A stretch of 42,076 nucleotides of DNA from Opitutia bacterium UBA1116 (GTDB lineage Bacteria; Verrucomicrobiota; Verrucomicrobiia; Opitutales; UBA1977). Positions 16,610 through 26,562 of this stretch are shown piece by piece. The DNA lies in assembly GCA_002313355.1 (NCBI GenBank), contig DCBD01000111.1:1-42076 (forward strand). The letters are read 5' to 3'. Below the pieces are notes generated by a model. The model was given only the letters and a program-made list of their open reading frames with translations, ran no database searches and was not told where the DNA came from. Every line of letters starts with the position of its first letter. The first letter of the stretch is position 1. Both the position numbers and the translations under genes were made by a program.

Positions 16610-17362
16610 ATGCACCAACGTGAACATATCCTGGGCCTACCCTTCTTTGCCGATAAACTCCCCAAGGCACTGAACCGGCTCAAAGAAGGGGGCCTTCTAA
16701 CGGCCCCAGCCGCCCCAGCGCTTGTCAATTTAGGCTACGATGGCACCTACACAGCAGCCCTACTGGCCAGTGACATCATTCTTGCAGACAGCGGGCTCAT
16801 GGTAGTTCAATGGTTTCTCATGAAACGCCGGCGAGTACCGAGAATCTCCGGCCTCAAGCTTGTGAGGGCGCTGCTTCAAGACCCTCAGGTGAGAGCAACA
16901 CGAGGTGCATTTTGGGTAAAACCCTCCGAGGAAGCCGCAAAACGCACACAAGCCTGGCTTAGGGGAAAAGGCATTGCCGCCGAAAAGAAGGATTTTTACG
17001 TTGCTCCCATATACCCTTCAAAGGGCATCATTCGCGATGAAACCTTGCTAAAGCACATTGAAGCGCGCAAGCCTGCCTACATTTTCATCAATATTGCAGG
17101 TGGAAAGCAAGAAATTCTGGGGCATATGCTCAAGCGAAAACTAAGCTATACACCTGCGATCATCTGCACGGGTGCTGCCATTGCCTTTTTGACAGGTGAA
17201 CAAGCATACATCCCCATTTGGGCAGATCGCTTCGCCCTTGGGTGGTTGCTCCGCTGCATCCATTCGCCAAAAACTTTTTGCAAACGTTACCTAAAAGCAC
17301 TAAAATTTATTCCTATACTATTGCGCAATCGTGAACGCATGCCCCAGCATGGCCGGCACTAA
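16610..17362 (+). CDS. WecB/TagA/CpsF family (GT26) glycosyltransferase
   Basis: The ILGLPFF opening, IFINIAGGKQE and the C-terminal PKTFCKRYL segment are typical of WecG/TagA enzymes. It is the first gene of the glycan operon. Confidence 0.85.
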   Translation: MHQREHILGLPFFADKLPKALNRLKEGGLLTAPAAPALVNLGYDGTYTAALLASDIILADSGLMVVQWFLMKRRRVPRISGLKLVRALLQDPQVRATRGAFWVKPSEEAAKRTQAWLRGKGIAAEKKDFYVAPIYPSKGIIRDETLLKHIEARKPAYIFINIAGGKQEILGHMLKRKLSYTPAIICTGAAIAFLTGEQAYIPIWADRFALGWLLRCIHSPKTFCKRYLKALKFIPILLRNRERMPQHGRH

Positions 17363-18152
17363 GCCCATACTCTCTATCTTAACCCCCGTATACAACGGCG
17401 AAGCTTTTATTGAAGGGTGCTTGCGCTCTGTCATTGACCAACATTGCAGCGCTGCTGAACACATCATCTGCGACGGACACTCAAGCGACCAAACCTGCCA
17501 GATTATTGAGCGGTATGCACAAGAGTTCCCCCACATACGCCTATCGTCTCAAAAAGATACGGGGCAATCCGAGGCGATGAACCGAGCCGTGAGGCTTGCT
17601 CGAGGGCCTATTATTGGGTTTTTAAATGTTGATGATTATTACGAGCCAGGCGTACTCAATACCCTATGCAAGCTGCAAGAAGATGCCCCGGACCCGACGC
17701 TCTTTATGGGCAATTGCACGATGCGCGATGCTCAAGATGCCGTTATTGGTATTAATAAGCCTGAAGCACGCTCGCAGATGGACATCATTAAGGGAAAGTC
17801 CTTCTCCTATAATCCATCAGCTTATTTTTACCATAAGTCTTTGCACGATCTAGCCGGTTACTATGATGAGGGAGAGCATTACGTCATGGACCTCGACTTT
17901 TTGCTACGCATTATTGACCTAGCAAACATTGAATACCACGATGCCCTATGGGGGAATTTCCGCTTCATGGAAGGTGGAAAAACATTTGGAGATGCTCAAG
18001 ACGGCACCCTGTGGAGGCGGTGCGATACCCTTTTTCAAAAATACCTCAAACGACGCTCGCTCAAAGATCGCTGTGAAGTAGCCTTGTACCGAAGCAACAC
18101 ACAAACTAAGCAGCGCCTTCAACGTCTTTTTCACAGGCTATGGCCAAATTAA
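17349..18152 (+). CDS. Glycosyltransferase family 2
   Basis: The SILTPVYNGEAFIEGCLRSV opening, GHSSDQT and NVDDYY (DxD-like) motifs fit GT-A. I prefer the ATG at 17349 over the GTG at 17331. Confidence 0.85.
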   Translation: MAGTKPILSILTPVYNGEAFIEGCLRSVIDQHCSAAEHIICDGHSSDQTCQIIERYAQEFPHIRLSSQKDTGQSEAMNRAVRLARGPIIGFLNVDDYYEPGVLNTLCKLQEDAPDPTLFMGNCTMRDAQDAVIGINKPEARSQMDIIKGKSFSYNPSAYFYHKSLHDLAGYYDEGEHYVMDLDFLLRIIDLANIEYHDALWGNFRFMEGGKTFGDAQDGTLWRRCDTLFQKYLKRRSLKDRCEVALYRSNTQTKQRLQRLFHRLWPN

Positions 18153-19111
18153 GTGTTATTGTATGCTGCCACAACAGCCGTGAACGCATTGCTGCAACGC
18201 TGGCACATTTAGCGGCTCAAAACGCTAAACACAACTGGGAGCTTATCCTCGTTGATAACGGCTCTACAGATGGAACAGCAAGCTATGCTGAAGAGGTCTG
18301 GAGCCATTCTCAGGCTCCTTTTAAAGTTGTCGAAGAGACTCAGCTTGGTCTTAGCTATGCCCGAGCCGCCGGTTTTGCTACAGCCAATAGCCCCTTTATT
18401 GCCTATGTAGATGATGACAACCACGTAGGACCTGGATGGGTGGATGCGGCCATTACAACGCTTGAAACTCACTCAGAAGCCGGTGCTGCAGGTGGGCCCA
18501 TCTTTCCTAAATGCGCCAGTACTCCACCAACCTGGTTTGAGCGCTACCAGGGCAACTACGCAACGTATGACTATTATTCAGCGGGGCGTTTCGTCGAGCA
18601 CCCTCTATGTGGGGCTGGGCTTGTGCTTCGCCGGACTGCCCTAGAACAACTATTTAGACAGGGCTTTAAGCCCTTATTAACAGACCGCCGCGGCAAAGCC
18701 CTCAGCTCGGGAGGCGATCATGAACTCTGCTACGCGCTCCTCTTAAGTGGTTGGAAAATCTGGTATGAGCCTGATCTTAAAATTCGCCATGCTATTCCCA
18801 GTGAACGGCTTCAATGGAACTACTTAAAACGGCTTAATTACGGGTTTGGAGCTCAATCCGTCTACCTTGATGCCTACGAATCGCTCTTAAAAGGAGAGCC
18901 TTCAAAAGGCTGGCTATCCGAGTGTCTATGCGTCCTTGTAAATGGCTTCAAGCTCTTGCCAAGGCGCGTCTGCGCCAAAGAGGGCAGCGATGCTGAATTG
19001 CTCTGGCAGATGCAAGTAGGGCGTTTGATTTCCCTGTTGCGAGATGGGCCCAAGTATGGTAGTCGTTGTCTATCATTGCAAAACGCCCTTTGGTACAACC
19101 ACCAACCTTAA
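18140..19111 (+). CDS. Glycosyltransferase family 2
   Basis: LSVIVCCHNSRERI, VDNGSTDGT and YVDDDN are GT-A signature motifs. Confidence 0.85.
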   Translation: MAKLSVIVCCHNSRERIAATLAHLAAQNAKHNWELILVDNGSTDGTASYAEEVWSHSQAPFKVVEETQLGLSYARAAGFATANSPFIAYVDDDNHVGPGWVDAAITTLETHSEAGAAGGPIFPKCASTPPTWFERYQGNYATYDYYSAGRFVEHPLCGAGLVLRRTALEQLFRQGFKPLLTDRRGKALSSGGDHELCYALLLSGWKIWYEPDLKIRHAIPSERLQWNYLKRLNYGFGAQSVYLDAYESLLKGEPSKGWLSECLCVLVNGFKLLPRRVCAKEGSDAELLWQMQVGRLISLLRDGPKYGSRCLSLQNALWYNHQP

Positions 19112-19119
19112 GCTAACGC

Positions 19120-19809
19120 ATGTCACGAACAAGCTGTATTATCTTTGCTGCAAAGCATCTACGCCCTGAATTCATTCAGGGGCGTCGCGTCCTCGATGTC
19201 GGCGCCTGCGACTTTAACGGAAGCATTCGCCCCCTACTCATGTCTTACGAGCCAGAGCAATACCTTGGCATTGATATCCATCCGGGCCCCTGTGTTGATC
19301 GCGTGCTTGATGCTGCAGATCTTTCCCAAGAATATGGTGATGACAGCTTCGACGTTGTTCTGGCTATCGAAATGCTTCAGCACTGTCGCAACTGGAAGGC
19401 TGCGCTCTCGAATATGAAACGTGTCTGCAGGCCTGGGGGGAAAATCGTTGTCACTGTGCCGTCCAGGGGCCATCCGTACCACGGCTACCCAAGTGATTTT
19501 TGGCGCTATGAAATGGACGATCTTAGCACCATGTTCAGTGATTATGAAGTCCTCGCACTTGAGGAAGATGAACGTGGTCGAGGCACCTTCATCTGCGCCC
19601 GGAAGCCAGCTAACTACCAAGAAACAGACCTCACCAACTATCGCCTCTATAGCATAGTGACCAATGACCCTGTGAGCAACCTCCGTGATGAAGACTTTAA
19701 AAGCTGGCAATTTAAGAAAATATTTTTCATAGAAACCATCAAAGCATGGTTTAACTCTCTGTATCAAAAACTGAGCGAAGCCTGCTCAAAACTGACTCGC
19801 TCGCGTTGA
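19120..19809 (+). CDS. Class I SAM-dependent methyltransferase
   Basis: Motif I is VLDVGACDFNG, followed by a post-I acidic residue (GIDI) and the motif II/III region FDVVLAIEMLQH...PGGKIVVTVP. Confidence 0.75.
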   Translation: MSRTSCIIFAAKHLRPEFIQGRRVLDVGACDFNGSIRPLLMSYEPEQYLGIDIHPGPCVDRVLDAADLSQEYGDDSFDVVLAIEMLQHCRNWKAALSNMKRVCRPGGKIVVTVPSRGHPYHGYPSDFWRYEMDDLSTMFSDYEVLALEEDERGRGTFICARKPANYQETDLTNYRLYSIVTNDPVSNLRDEDFKSWQFKKIFFIETIKAWFNSLYQKLSEACSKLTRSR

Positions 19810-19818
19810 TGTCGCGAT

Positions 19819-20688
19819 TTGAAGCTCGAAAAAATAATTACCCTTGCCAATGCGCGCGTGCGCATCCCCTTCCTCGCTCTTGAGCGATCGTTACGCGCAG
19901 TCGGCTGTGATCTACCTTTGTGGGTTATCCCGTACAATGAAGAGCGCTTTGAATTGCCACAAGGATCCTCCTGGTGGGAATTAAAGGAACTCAACGCCTG
20001 GCTTACATCCCAGGGGGGACGCCCGCACAAGCGAAAATATGCCTGTTTGCTCGAAGAACGCTATCAGTTCATCGATACTGATGCGATTTTTCTTACGAAT
20101 CCTGAATCTTTTCTAAGCCCTTTTGAAGGATTCGTAACATCTTGTGGGCACTGGCATAATCCTGGCGAGACACAAACACCCGAAACACGTGCTATCTTTC
20201 ATAAAAAAAGCACTGTTTGGCAAAGTAGGGTCTTTAATACGGGTCAATTTGCCTGCGATCAAAAGCTCTATACATCCTTCCAATCGCTAAAAACAACAGC
20301 TGAAAAACCCGAACATATCGATGCTTGCTTAAAAAATCGCTTCCATGAGCAACCTGGACTCAACCTACTGGTTGCGCTATCGGAGGTTCCTATAACGAAC
20401 ATCACGCTGCCGCCTTACAATATAGAATCTACTTGGGCAGGCGATTATGGCGATCATTACGAACGCTATTGGAACAACGAAGCCCAAAAGCCCTACCTCA
20501 TTCATTGGGCAGGCAAGAAACCAGACGGATCCTCGGCCATCGATCAACTTTTATTTAATTTTCTAACCCAAGAAGAAAAACAATCCTTCATTGAGCAAAT
20601 ACGCCAAGAACTCGCTCGGCAATCTTACATCCGCACAATCGCACGAAAAGCAAAGGCTGCCTACAAGGCCTTTTGTGAAACGCCATGA
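19819..20688 (+). CDS. Hypothetical protein, GT8-like nucleotide-diphospho-sugar transferase fold suspected
   Basis: The gene has a TTG start. An IDTDAIF DxD motif is preceded by ITLANARVRIPFLALERSLRAVG, and LIHWAGKKP near the C-terminus recalls the GT8 H-x-x-G-x-x-KP motif. The assignment is tentative. Confidence 0.4.
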   Translation: MKLEKIITLANARVRIPFLALERSLRAVGCDLPLWVIPYNEERFELPQGSSWWELKELNAWLTSQGGRPHKRKYACLLEERYQFIDTDAIFLTNPESFLSPFEGFVTSCGHWHNPGETQTPETRAIFHKKSTVWQSRVFNTGQFACDQKLYTSFQSLKTTAEKPEHIDACLKNRFHEQPGLNLLVALSEVPITNITLPPYNIESTWAGDYGDHYERYWNNEAQKPYLIHWAGKKPDGSSAIDQLLFNFLTQEEKQSFIEQIRQELARQSYIRTIARKAKAAYKAFCETP

Positions 20689-21812
20689 AAGTTGCCTTTT
20701 TAACGGGCTCACTCAATCCAGGGCATGATGGTGTTGGTGACTACACGCAAGCCCTTGCAAGTGCTTGTACAAAGCTAGGCCACACAACATGGTGCGGAAG
20801 CGTTTCAGATAATGCGCTAACCGAACCCGCTATTTCAAAACACTTAGCACGCTACCCCCATGCACTCCACCGAAAAAGCGAATTTACAAGCCTCATTGAA
20901 GAACTGAAAAGATTGCACCCAGACTGGCTTAGCCTGCAATACGTGCCCTATAGTTTCCACCCCCGTGGGTTTGTCACACCCTTGGCCAAAGTGATCCAAC
21001 AACTAGCACCTCAAGCAAAGCTGCACATTATGTTTCATGAAGTGTGGATCGGCCCACACAAAGAAGCATCGCTTAAAGAAAAAATTACAGGATACTACCA
21101 AAGGTATTTATTAAAAAAAATGTTAGCTAAACGCCGGCCTCATGTTGCACATACCCATGCAAGCCCCTACATGCATTTGCTACGAGATATTGGTATCGAA
21201 GCTAAAACCTTACCCCTCTTCTCAAGTATATCCATCGCAGAGGGAGGGAGCCGATCTTGGGTAATTCAAAAACTGAAGAATTTAGGCATAAAGGTAAATA
21301 CGTCTAGCACTTGGTTAATAGGTATTTTTGGCAGCCTTTACTCAGAATGGAATGCAGAACCTCTACTGCACTACTTAACGCAGGCCTGTAAAGCGGCCAA
21401 ACGTGAATCTGTCATTATTTCTTTTGGGAATTTAGGTGCTGGTGAACATGCATGGGACTTGCTTACCCACAAAGCAAAGTCACCCATAAGGACAGCTCGC
21501 ATTGGAATGCTCGAGGCTGAAGATGTATCCAAACTACTCCAAGGGCTTGATTTTGGCATCGCAGCACCGCCATGGTCTCTTATTGAGAAAGGAAGCACCG
21601 TTGCTGCCATGCTAGATCATGGACTGCCTGTTATCGTTAATCGTGACGACATCCATTTTAACTTTCCTTGCCCAGAACCTACACACCCCTTTTTGATCAA
21701 AATGGACTCGAACTTACCGCAAGCCATGCTTAAAGCTCATAAAAAACCACCTCAGGAATCAGTCCACACCATTGCGCAAAAATTTTTGAACGACTTAAAA
21801 AGCATTTCATGA
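20685..21812 (+). CDS. GT-B fold glycosyltransferase (GT4/GT1-like)
   Basis: The KVAFLTGSLNPGHDGVGDYTQALA N-terminus is typical of GT4 enzymes. The C-terminal half is Rossmann-like (IEKGSTVAAMLDHGLPVIV). An ATGA overlap couples it to the upstream gene. Confidence 0.65.
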   Translation: MKVAFLTGSLNPGHDGVGDYTQALASACTKLGHTTWCGSVSDNALTEPAISKHLARYPHALHRKSEFTSLIEELKRLHPDWLSLQYVPYSFHPRGFVTPLAKVIQQLAPQAKLHIMFHEVWIGPHKEASLKEKITGYYQRYLLKKMLAKRRPHVAHTHASPYMHLLRDIGIEAKTLPLFSSISIAEGGSRSWVIQKLKNLGIKVNTSSTWLIGIFGSLYSEWNAEPLLHYLTQACKAAKRESVIISFGNLGAGEHAWDLLTHKAKSPIRTARIGMLEAEDVSKLLQGLDFGIAAPPWSLIEKGSTVAAMLDHGLPVIVNRDDIHFNFPCPEPTHPFLIKMDSNLPQAMLKAHKKPPQESVHTIAQKFLNDLKSIS

Positions 21813-21816
21813 TTCT

Positions 21817-22896
21817 ATGAGCTCAGGCACACAAGACCCCATACGCATTACTCTATTTGCTTCGACGCAAGGTGCTTATGGAGGCGTCGAAGCGCATGTG
21901 CTATCGCTTGCAAAACAACTTCATGGTGAGCCTGAATATGCCATTAAGGTCGTTTTTAAATGTGTGAAGGGGCACACTATCCAGAAACAACTTGTCGATC
22001 AATGCAAGCGAACTGAAGTACCTCACACCTTTATTCAACGCAGCAGTATCGACGTTTTAAAAATTCTTTTTAAAACAGACATTGTTCACGTCAATAATGT
22101 ACCACCCGACATTGTCATCCCTGCTAAAATTCTCAAGAAACCTGTTATCGCCACGATACACCACCAGGGAAAAACAAACAATAAGCTGCGCCACCTGCTC
22201 TGGAAATTCAGTGCTTCTCTTGCCAACATTCGTTGTTATGACACAAATTTTGTACGCAAGATCTGGGAAGAAACTCTTACCAAGTCAAACAGCTACACAA
22301 GGCCTGCTTGCTCTGAACTTCCCGAATCAGAGATCCATTTTGAAAAGCGGTCGGGGTTCTTCTTTGTTGGTCGCTGGATCGAAAACAAGGGCATTGACAC
22401 ACTCATTCAGGCTTATGATCAAGCAGGCTTAAATCCGAAGATATGGCCTCTTTACCTTGCAGGTGACGGCCCACTCAGACCATGGGCGGAAACATTCATT
22501 CAAGAACATCAAATCAAGGGTGTGCATATTTTAGGATTCATTACTGAGGAGCAAAAATGGGAACGTATCCGCAATGCGAAATGGATGGTCACCCCCCCCG
22601 ATACGCTGGAAGATCAAGGCCTCACCCCTATCGAAGCACGCAGCCAAGCAGTGCCATCAATCATCACACGCGATGGTGGACTCCCTGAAGCTGCAGGCAC
22701 AAGTGCACTTATGTGTGAACCCAATGACATTGATGCGCTTGCTGAAACACTCAAAACAGCTAGCACCATGACTGAAGAGGAATACAAAGCTCGAGCACTC
22801 AAAGGGTACGAAAGCCTAAAAGACTATCTTACGCCACTTGATTTCTACAAAAAACTCTACTCGACAGTGCTCCACAAGGGCTCTACAATCCCTTAA
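21817..22896 (+). CDS. Glycosyltransferase family 4
   Basis: The Glycos_transf_1 region reads FFVGRWIENKGID...EDQGLTPIEARSQAVPSIITRDGGLPE. Confidence 0.8.
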   Translation: MSSGTQDPIRITLFASTQGAYGGVEAHVLSLAKQLHGEPEYAIKVVFKCVKGHTIQKQLVDQCKRTEVPHTFIQRSSIDVLKILFKTDIVHVNNVPPDIVIPAKILKKPVIATIHHQGKTNNKLRHLLWKFSASLANIRCYDTNFVRKIWEETLTKSNSYTRPACSELPESEIHFEKRSGFFFVGRWIENKGIDTLIQAYDQAGLNPKIWPLYLAGDGPLRPWAETFIQEHQIKGVHILGFITEEQKWERIRNAKWMVTPPDTLEDQGLTPIEARSQAVPSIITRDGGLPEAAGTSALMCEPNDIDALAETLKTASTMTEEEYKARALKGYESLKDYLTPLDFYKKLYSTVLHKGSTIP

Positions 22897-24120
22897 GTGC
22901 CCCAAGTTATCCTCAGTCACCCCACGGGTAACGCATTCGTTCGCGAAGCTTTGCGCGCTCTTCAAGATGCAGATATGCTCAGTGCATTTTGTACAAGCTT
23001 AGGATTTCACGACAACGACCCCTGGCTCAAGCTCCCCATACCTCAGAGATGGAAGCATAAGCTTGAACGAAGGCATTATGCGATTCCCAAAGCGAAACTC
23101 AAGAGAAGGCCTTGCCTTGAGATTACACGCTTGCTTGGACAACGCATATTAGGAAGTCATTTCAAGGCAGGCCCAATCGATGCTATTTATGCAACCGTCG
23201 ACAAATTAACTGCAGACAACATACACCAACTCAAACCCGATGGTGTTTATGCTTACGAAGACGGAGCATTAGAAAGCTTTAAAGCAGCAACGACACTAAG
23301 TGTACCGTGTTTTTATGAACTGCCTATAGCGTACTGGAAAGAATTACACAAGCTACTCGAAGATGCTGCCGATCGCAGACCTGATTGGGCGCCGACACTT
23401 GCCTTTCAAAAAGATTCAACAGACAAATGTGCTCAAAAAGATGAAGAGCTTACCTACGCAGATAGCATCATCTGCCCAAGCAAATTTGTCTATGACTCCC
23501 TTCCAGATTCTATTAAAAAGGAAAAGCCCTGCACCATCCTGCCTTATGGAGCGCCCCCACCTCAAACTTCAACCAAACAAAAACAGAAAACTAAAACCCT
23601 GCGGGTTCTTTTTGCAGGTGCCTTAAGCCAGAGAAAGGGTCTTGCTGACTTATTTGACGCTATTAATCTCCTAAACAGGTCAGACATCGAGCTCATTACG
23701 ATGGGAAGCCTGCAAGCACCTCTAAGCTTTTACCAAGAGGCATGCCCGCACTTCACCTATGAAAGCCCAAGGCCTCATCAAGACGTTCTAAAACTAATGC
23801 AAAGCTGTGATGTTTTTGCACTACCCTCCATTGTCGAAGGTCGTGCACTTGTCCAACTCGAAGCGCTTAGCTGTGGACTTCCTTTACTGATCACACCAAA
23901 TACAGGAGGCGAAGATCTCATCAAAGAAACAGAAACAGGATTCCTAGTGCCACCCCATAGCCCACAGGCAATAGCCGAAAAGCTCAACTGGCTAGCCGAC
24001 AATAAAGACGCGCTTCCATCCATGCAGGCCGCTGCGCTCAACCAAGCAAAAAAATCCTCTTGGGGAAGCTTTCGCCACCAGTGGATTCAACACGTCAAGA
24101 AAGCCTTTATACCTTCATGA
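22897..24120 (+). CDS. Glycosyltransferase family 4
   Basis: The gene starts with GTG directly after the preceding stop. The C-terminal motif is PSIVEGRALVQLEALSCGLPLLITPNTGGEDLI (EX7E type). Confidence 0.8.
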   Translation: MPQVILSHPTGNAFVREALRALQDADMLSAFCTSLGFHDNDPWLKLPIPQRWKHKLERRHYAIPKAKLKRRPCLEITRLLGQRILGSHFKAGPIDAIYATVDKLTADNIHQLKPDGVYAYEDGALESFKAATTLSVPCFYELPIAYWKELHKLLEDAADRRPDWAPTLAFQKDSTDKCAQKDEELTYADSIICPSKFVYDSLPDSIKKEKPCTILPYGAPPPQTSTKQKQKTKTLRVLFAGALSQRKGLADLFDAINLLNRSDIELITMGSLQAPLSFYQEACPHFTYESPRPHQDVLKLMQSCDVFALPSIVEGRALVQLEALSCGLPLLITPNTGGEDLIKETETGFLVPPHSPQAIAEKLNWLADNKDALPSMQAAALNQAKKSSWGSFRHQWIQHVKKAFIPS

Positions 24121-25388
24121 AAAAAGGCGGATTCAGCACTTTAGAACTTCTAAAAATGCTTATTTGGGCATTCTTGATATTGCTCTTATTTGAAGGTGCC
24201 CTACGCAAATGGGTAGCTCCATCGCTATCAGACCCTCTGCTTATTATCCGCGATCCTATTGTCATCCTCATCTATTTATTCGCCATTAAATCCAATCGCT
24301 TTCCTGCAGGGAACCCCTTTGTTGCTGGAGCTGTTCTACTCAGCACCGCATCGTTTATATTTAGCTTTTTTGCAGAATATAAAAATCTTTGGGTTACTCT
24401 TTATGGAATACGCATCAACTACCTTTATACCCCACTGATATTTATAATGCCTCGGGTTCTAGATGAAGATGATATTCTGAAAATAGGTCGCTTTCTCGTT
24501 TACTGCAGCTTAGGCATGACAACGATTGTCGTCCTTCAGTTTTTTTCATCACAAGGGGCATGGATCAATCGACAAATTGGAGGCTTACAGACTGTAGGCA
24601 TTACCGGAGCTGAGGGACGTTTTCGACCGTCTGGAACATTTTCTTTTGTAACGGGGATATCGGCTTTTTATCCCTTAGTCACAGCATTTCTTTTTGCGGG
24701 ACTCATCCGAAAAAACATAATCCCAAAGTGGGCGATGATTGCGAGTGCAACGGCTGTTGTTATTGCCATTCCTTTTTCAATCAGTCGATTAACGGCTCTT
24801 TCTTGTGTGCTTGTATTACTCGCAGGCCTATTATCCGCATTCGTTTTGGGTATACGCCCTGGATTTGTTGCACGCTCTATTGCCATTTTAGCAATCCTCG
24901 CCTCGATCGTACCTTTCCTACCCTTTGTGCACGAAGGCATTCGCACCTTTGAAACCCGCTGGAACATATCTACAGACCAAGGAATTAAAGTCTCCATTAT
25001 CGATCGATACATCAGCGACTTCGTAACACCCATTCAGCATTCTACCGACGTTCCTTTTTTTGGATATGGTATTGGTGCTGGATCCAATGTAGGGGCTAAA
25101 TTACTTACGGGAAAACGCAGCTTTTTGCTCGGGGAAGGAGAATGGTCGCGCATCATCATGGAACTTGGCATGGTGCTTGGGCTTGCCTACATTATCTATC
25201 GCATCGCACTTACCTGGTACTTATTCAAAACATCCATGAGAGCCTTAATGCGAGGGAATGCCATGCCCATTCTTATTCTCTCAGCCTGCGGCCTTCTCGT
25301 ACTTCATGGGCAATGGGGCCCACCTACTATCTTGGGCTTCGCCATATTTGGCGCCGGCCTCACCATCGCTGCTGCACGCAACATCTAG
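24117..25388 (+). CDS. O-antigen polymerase/ligase-like (Wzy-type) polytopic membrane protein
   Basis: I trimmed the ORF to the ATG at 24117, which forms an ATGA overlap with the upstream stop. The ~423-aa product has about 10-12 hydrophobic helices and one larger loop. Its position inside a GT cluster supports the call. Confidence 0.6.
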   Translation: MKKGGFSTLELLKMLIWAFLILLLFEGALRKWVAPSLSDPLLIIRDPIVILIYLFAIKSNRFPAGNPFVAGAVLLSTASFIFSFFAEYKNLWVTLYGIRINYLYTPLIFIMPRVLDEDDILKIGRFLVYCSLGMTTIVVLQFFSSQGAWINRQIGGLQTVGITGAEGRFRPSGTFSFVTGISAFYPLVTAFLFAGLIRKNIIPKWAMIASATAVVIAIPFSISRLTALSCVLVLLAGLLSAFVLGIRPGFVARSIAILAILASIVPFLPFVHEGIRTFETRWNISTDQGIKVSIIDRYISDFVTPIQHSTDVPFFGYGIGAGSNVGAKLLTGKRSFLLGEGEWSRIIMELGMVLGLAYIIYRIALTWYLFKTSMRALMRGNAMPILILSACGLLVLHGQWGPPTILGFAIFGAGLTIAAARNI

Positions 25389-25395
25389 TTATCCA

Positions 25396-26562
25396 ATGTA
25401 TATTATCCTCATAGGCAACTACCCTAACGACCAACAAGAAAGCATGCTTCGCTTTTCAGAGACACTGCATCAAGGCTTGATTCAACGAGGCATTGCGTGC
25501 ACAAAAATCGCTCCTCAAGCCAGATGGAACAAATCAACAAATGCTCAACCAAACAAATGGCTTGGCCACATGGACAAAATGTGCGTCTTCCCAAAGACCA
25601 TCAAGGAAACATTAGCCAAACACCCTCGCGCATTGGTGCACGTTTGTGATCACTCCAATGCCTTTTATACGAAACTGATTAATGACCATCCGAATTTAGT
25701 AACATGCAACGACATGCTTGCGATTAAATCCGCCCTGGGTCATTTTCAACAAAACCCTGTTCGCTTTTCAGGACGTGTCCTTCAAGGGCTTATCATGCGC
25801 GGCCTGCAGCGAGCACATGCCATAACCTGTATTTCACAAAAAACACAGCAGGACTTAATCGAAACCCTCAAAATCTCTCGAGAAAAAACCTCCGTAACTT
25901 ACATGGGCTTAAACCATTCTTACAGCCCAATGCCAAAAGACGAGGCTCAGCTGAAAATCAAAACGCTACTACCAGAGCTTTTTGATTCTAAGAGACCCTA
26001 TATTCTTCACGTCGGCAGCGATGCCTGGTATAAAAACCGAACCGGAGCGCTTCATATTTATCAAGCCCTGCAATTAGCAACGCGCTCAGAGGATCGCATG
26101 GTGTTTGTTGGCCCTCCACCAAACAAACTTATGCAGATTTTAATTAAAAATTACAAAATCAGCGATCGCGTATTCTTTATAGAAAAAGCCAGCAACGAAG
26201 AATTATGCGCGCTTTATTCAAACGCCGAGCTTCTACTTCATCCTTCTTTTGAAGAAGGCTTTGGCTGGCCTATTCTCGAGGCTCTTGCTTGTGGCTGTCG
26301 CGTAGCTACAACTAATTGTGCCCCGATGACAGAAATCGGAGGAACTGCTGCACAATACATACCCAAGCTTGACCCGAATGAGACAAAGGACATCGCAAGC
26401 TGGGCTCACAACTGCGCAGCTCACATCGCAGGCATGATAGCACAAGACCCAGACGAGCGAAAGGCACTCTGTGAACTAGGAGTGGCTCAAGCAAAAAAAT
26501 TCAGCACCGATACTATGATAGATAACTATATTCAACTTTATGAAAGTATCATAAGCGCATGA
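25396..26562 (+). CDS. Glycosyltransferase family 4
   Basis: I trimmed the ORF to the ATG at 25396 (MYIILIGNYP). It carries the PSFEEGFGWPILEALACGCRVATTNCAPMTEIGG motif. Confidence 0.8.
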   Translation: MYIILIGNYPNDQQESMLRFSETLHQGLIQRGIACTKIAPQARWNKSTNAQPNKWLGHMDKMCVFPKTIKETLAKHPRALVHVCDHSNAFYTKLINDHPNLVTCNDMLAIKSALGHFQQNPVRFSGRVLQGLIMRGLQRAHAITCISQKTQQDLIETLKISREKTSVTYMGLNHSYSPMPKDEAQLKIKTLLPELFDSKRPYILHVGSDAWYKNRTGALHIYQALQLATRSEDRMVFVGPPPNKLMQILIKNYKISDRVFFIEKASNEELCALYSNAELLLHPSFEEGFGWPILEALACGCRVATTNCAPMTEIGGTAAQYIPKLDPNETKDIASWAHNCAAHIAGMIAQDPDERKALCELGVAQAKKFSTDTMIDNYIQLYESIISA

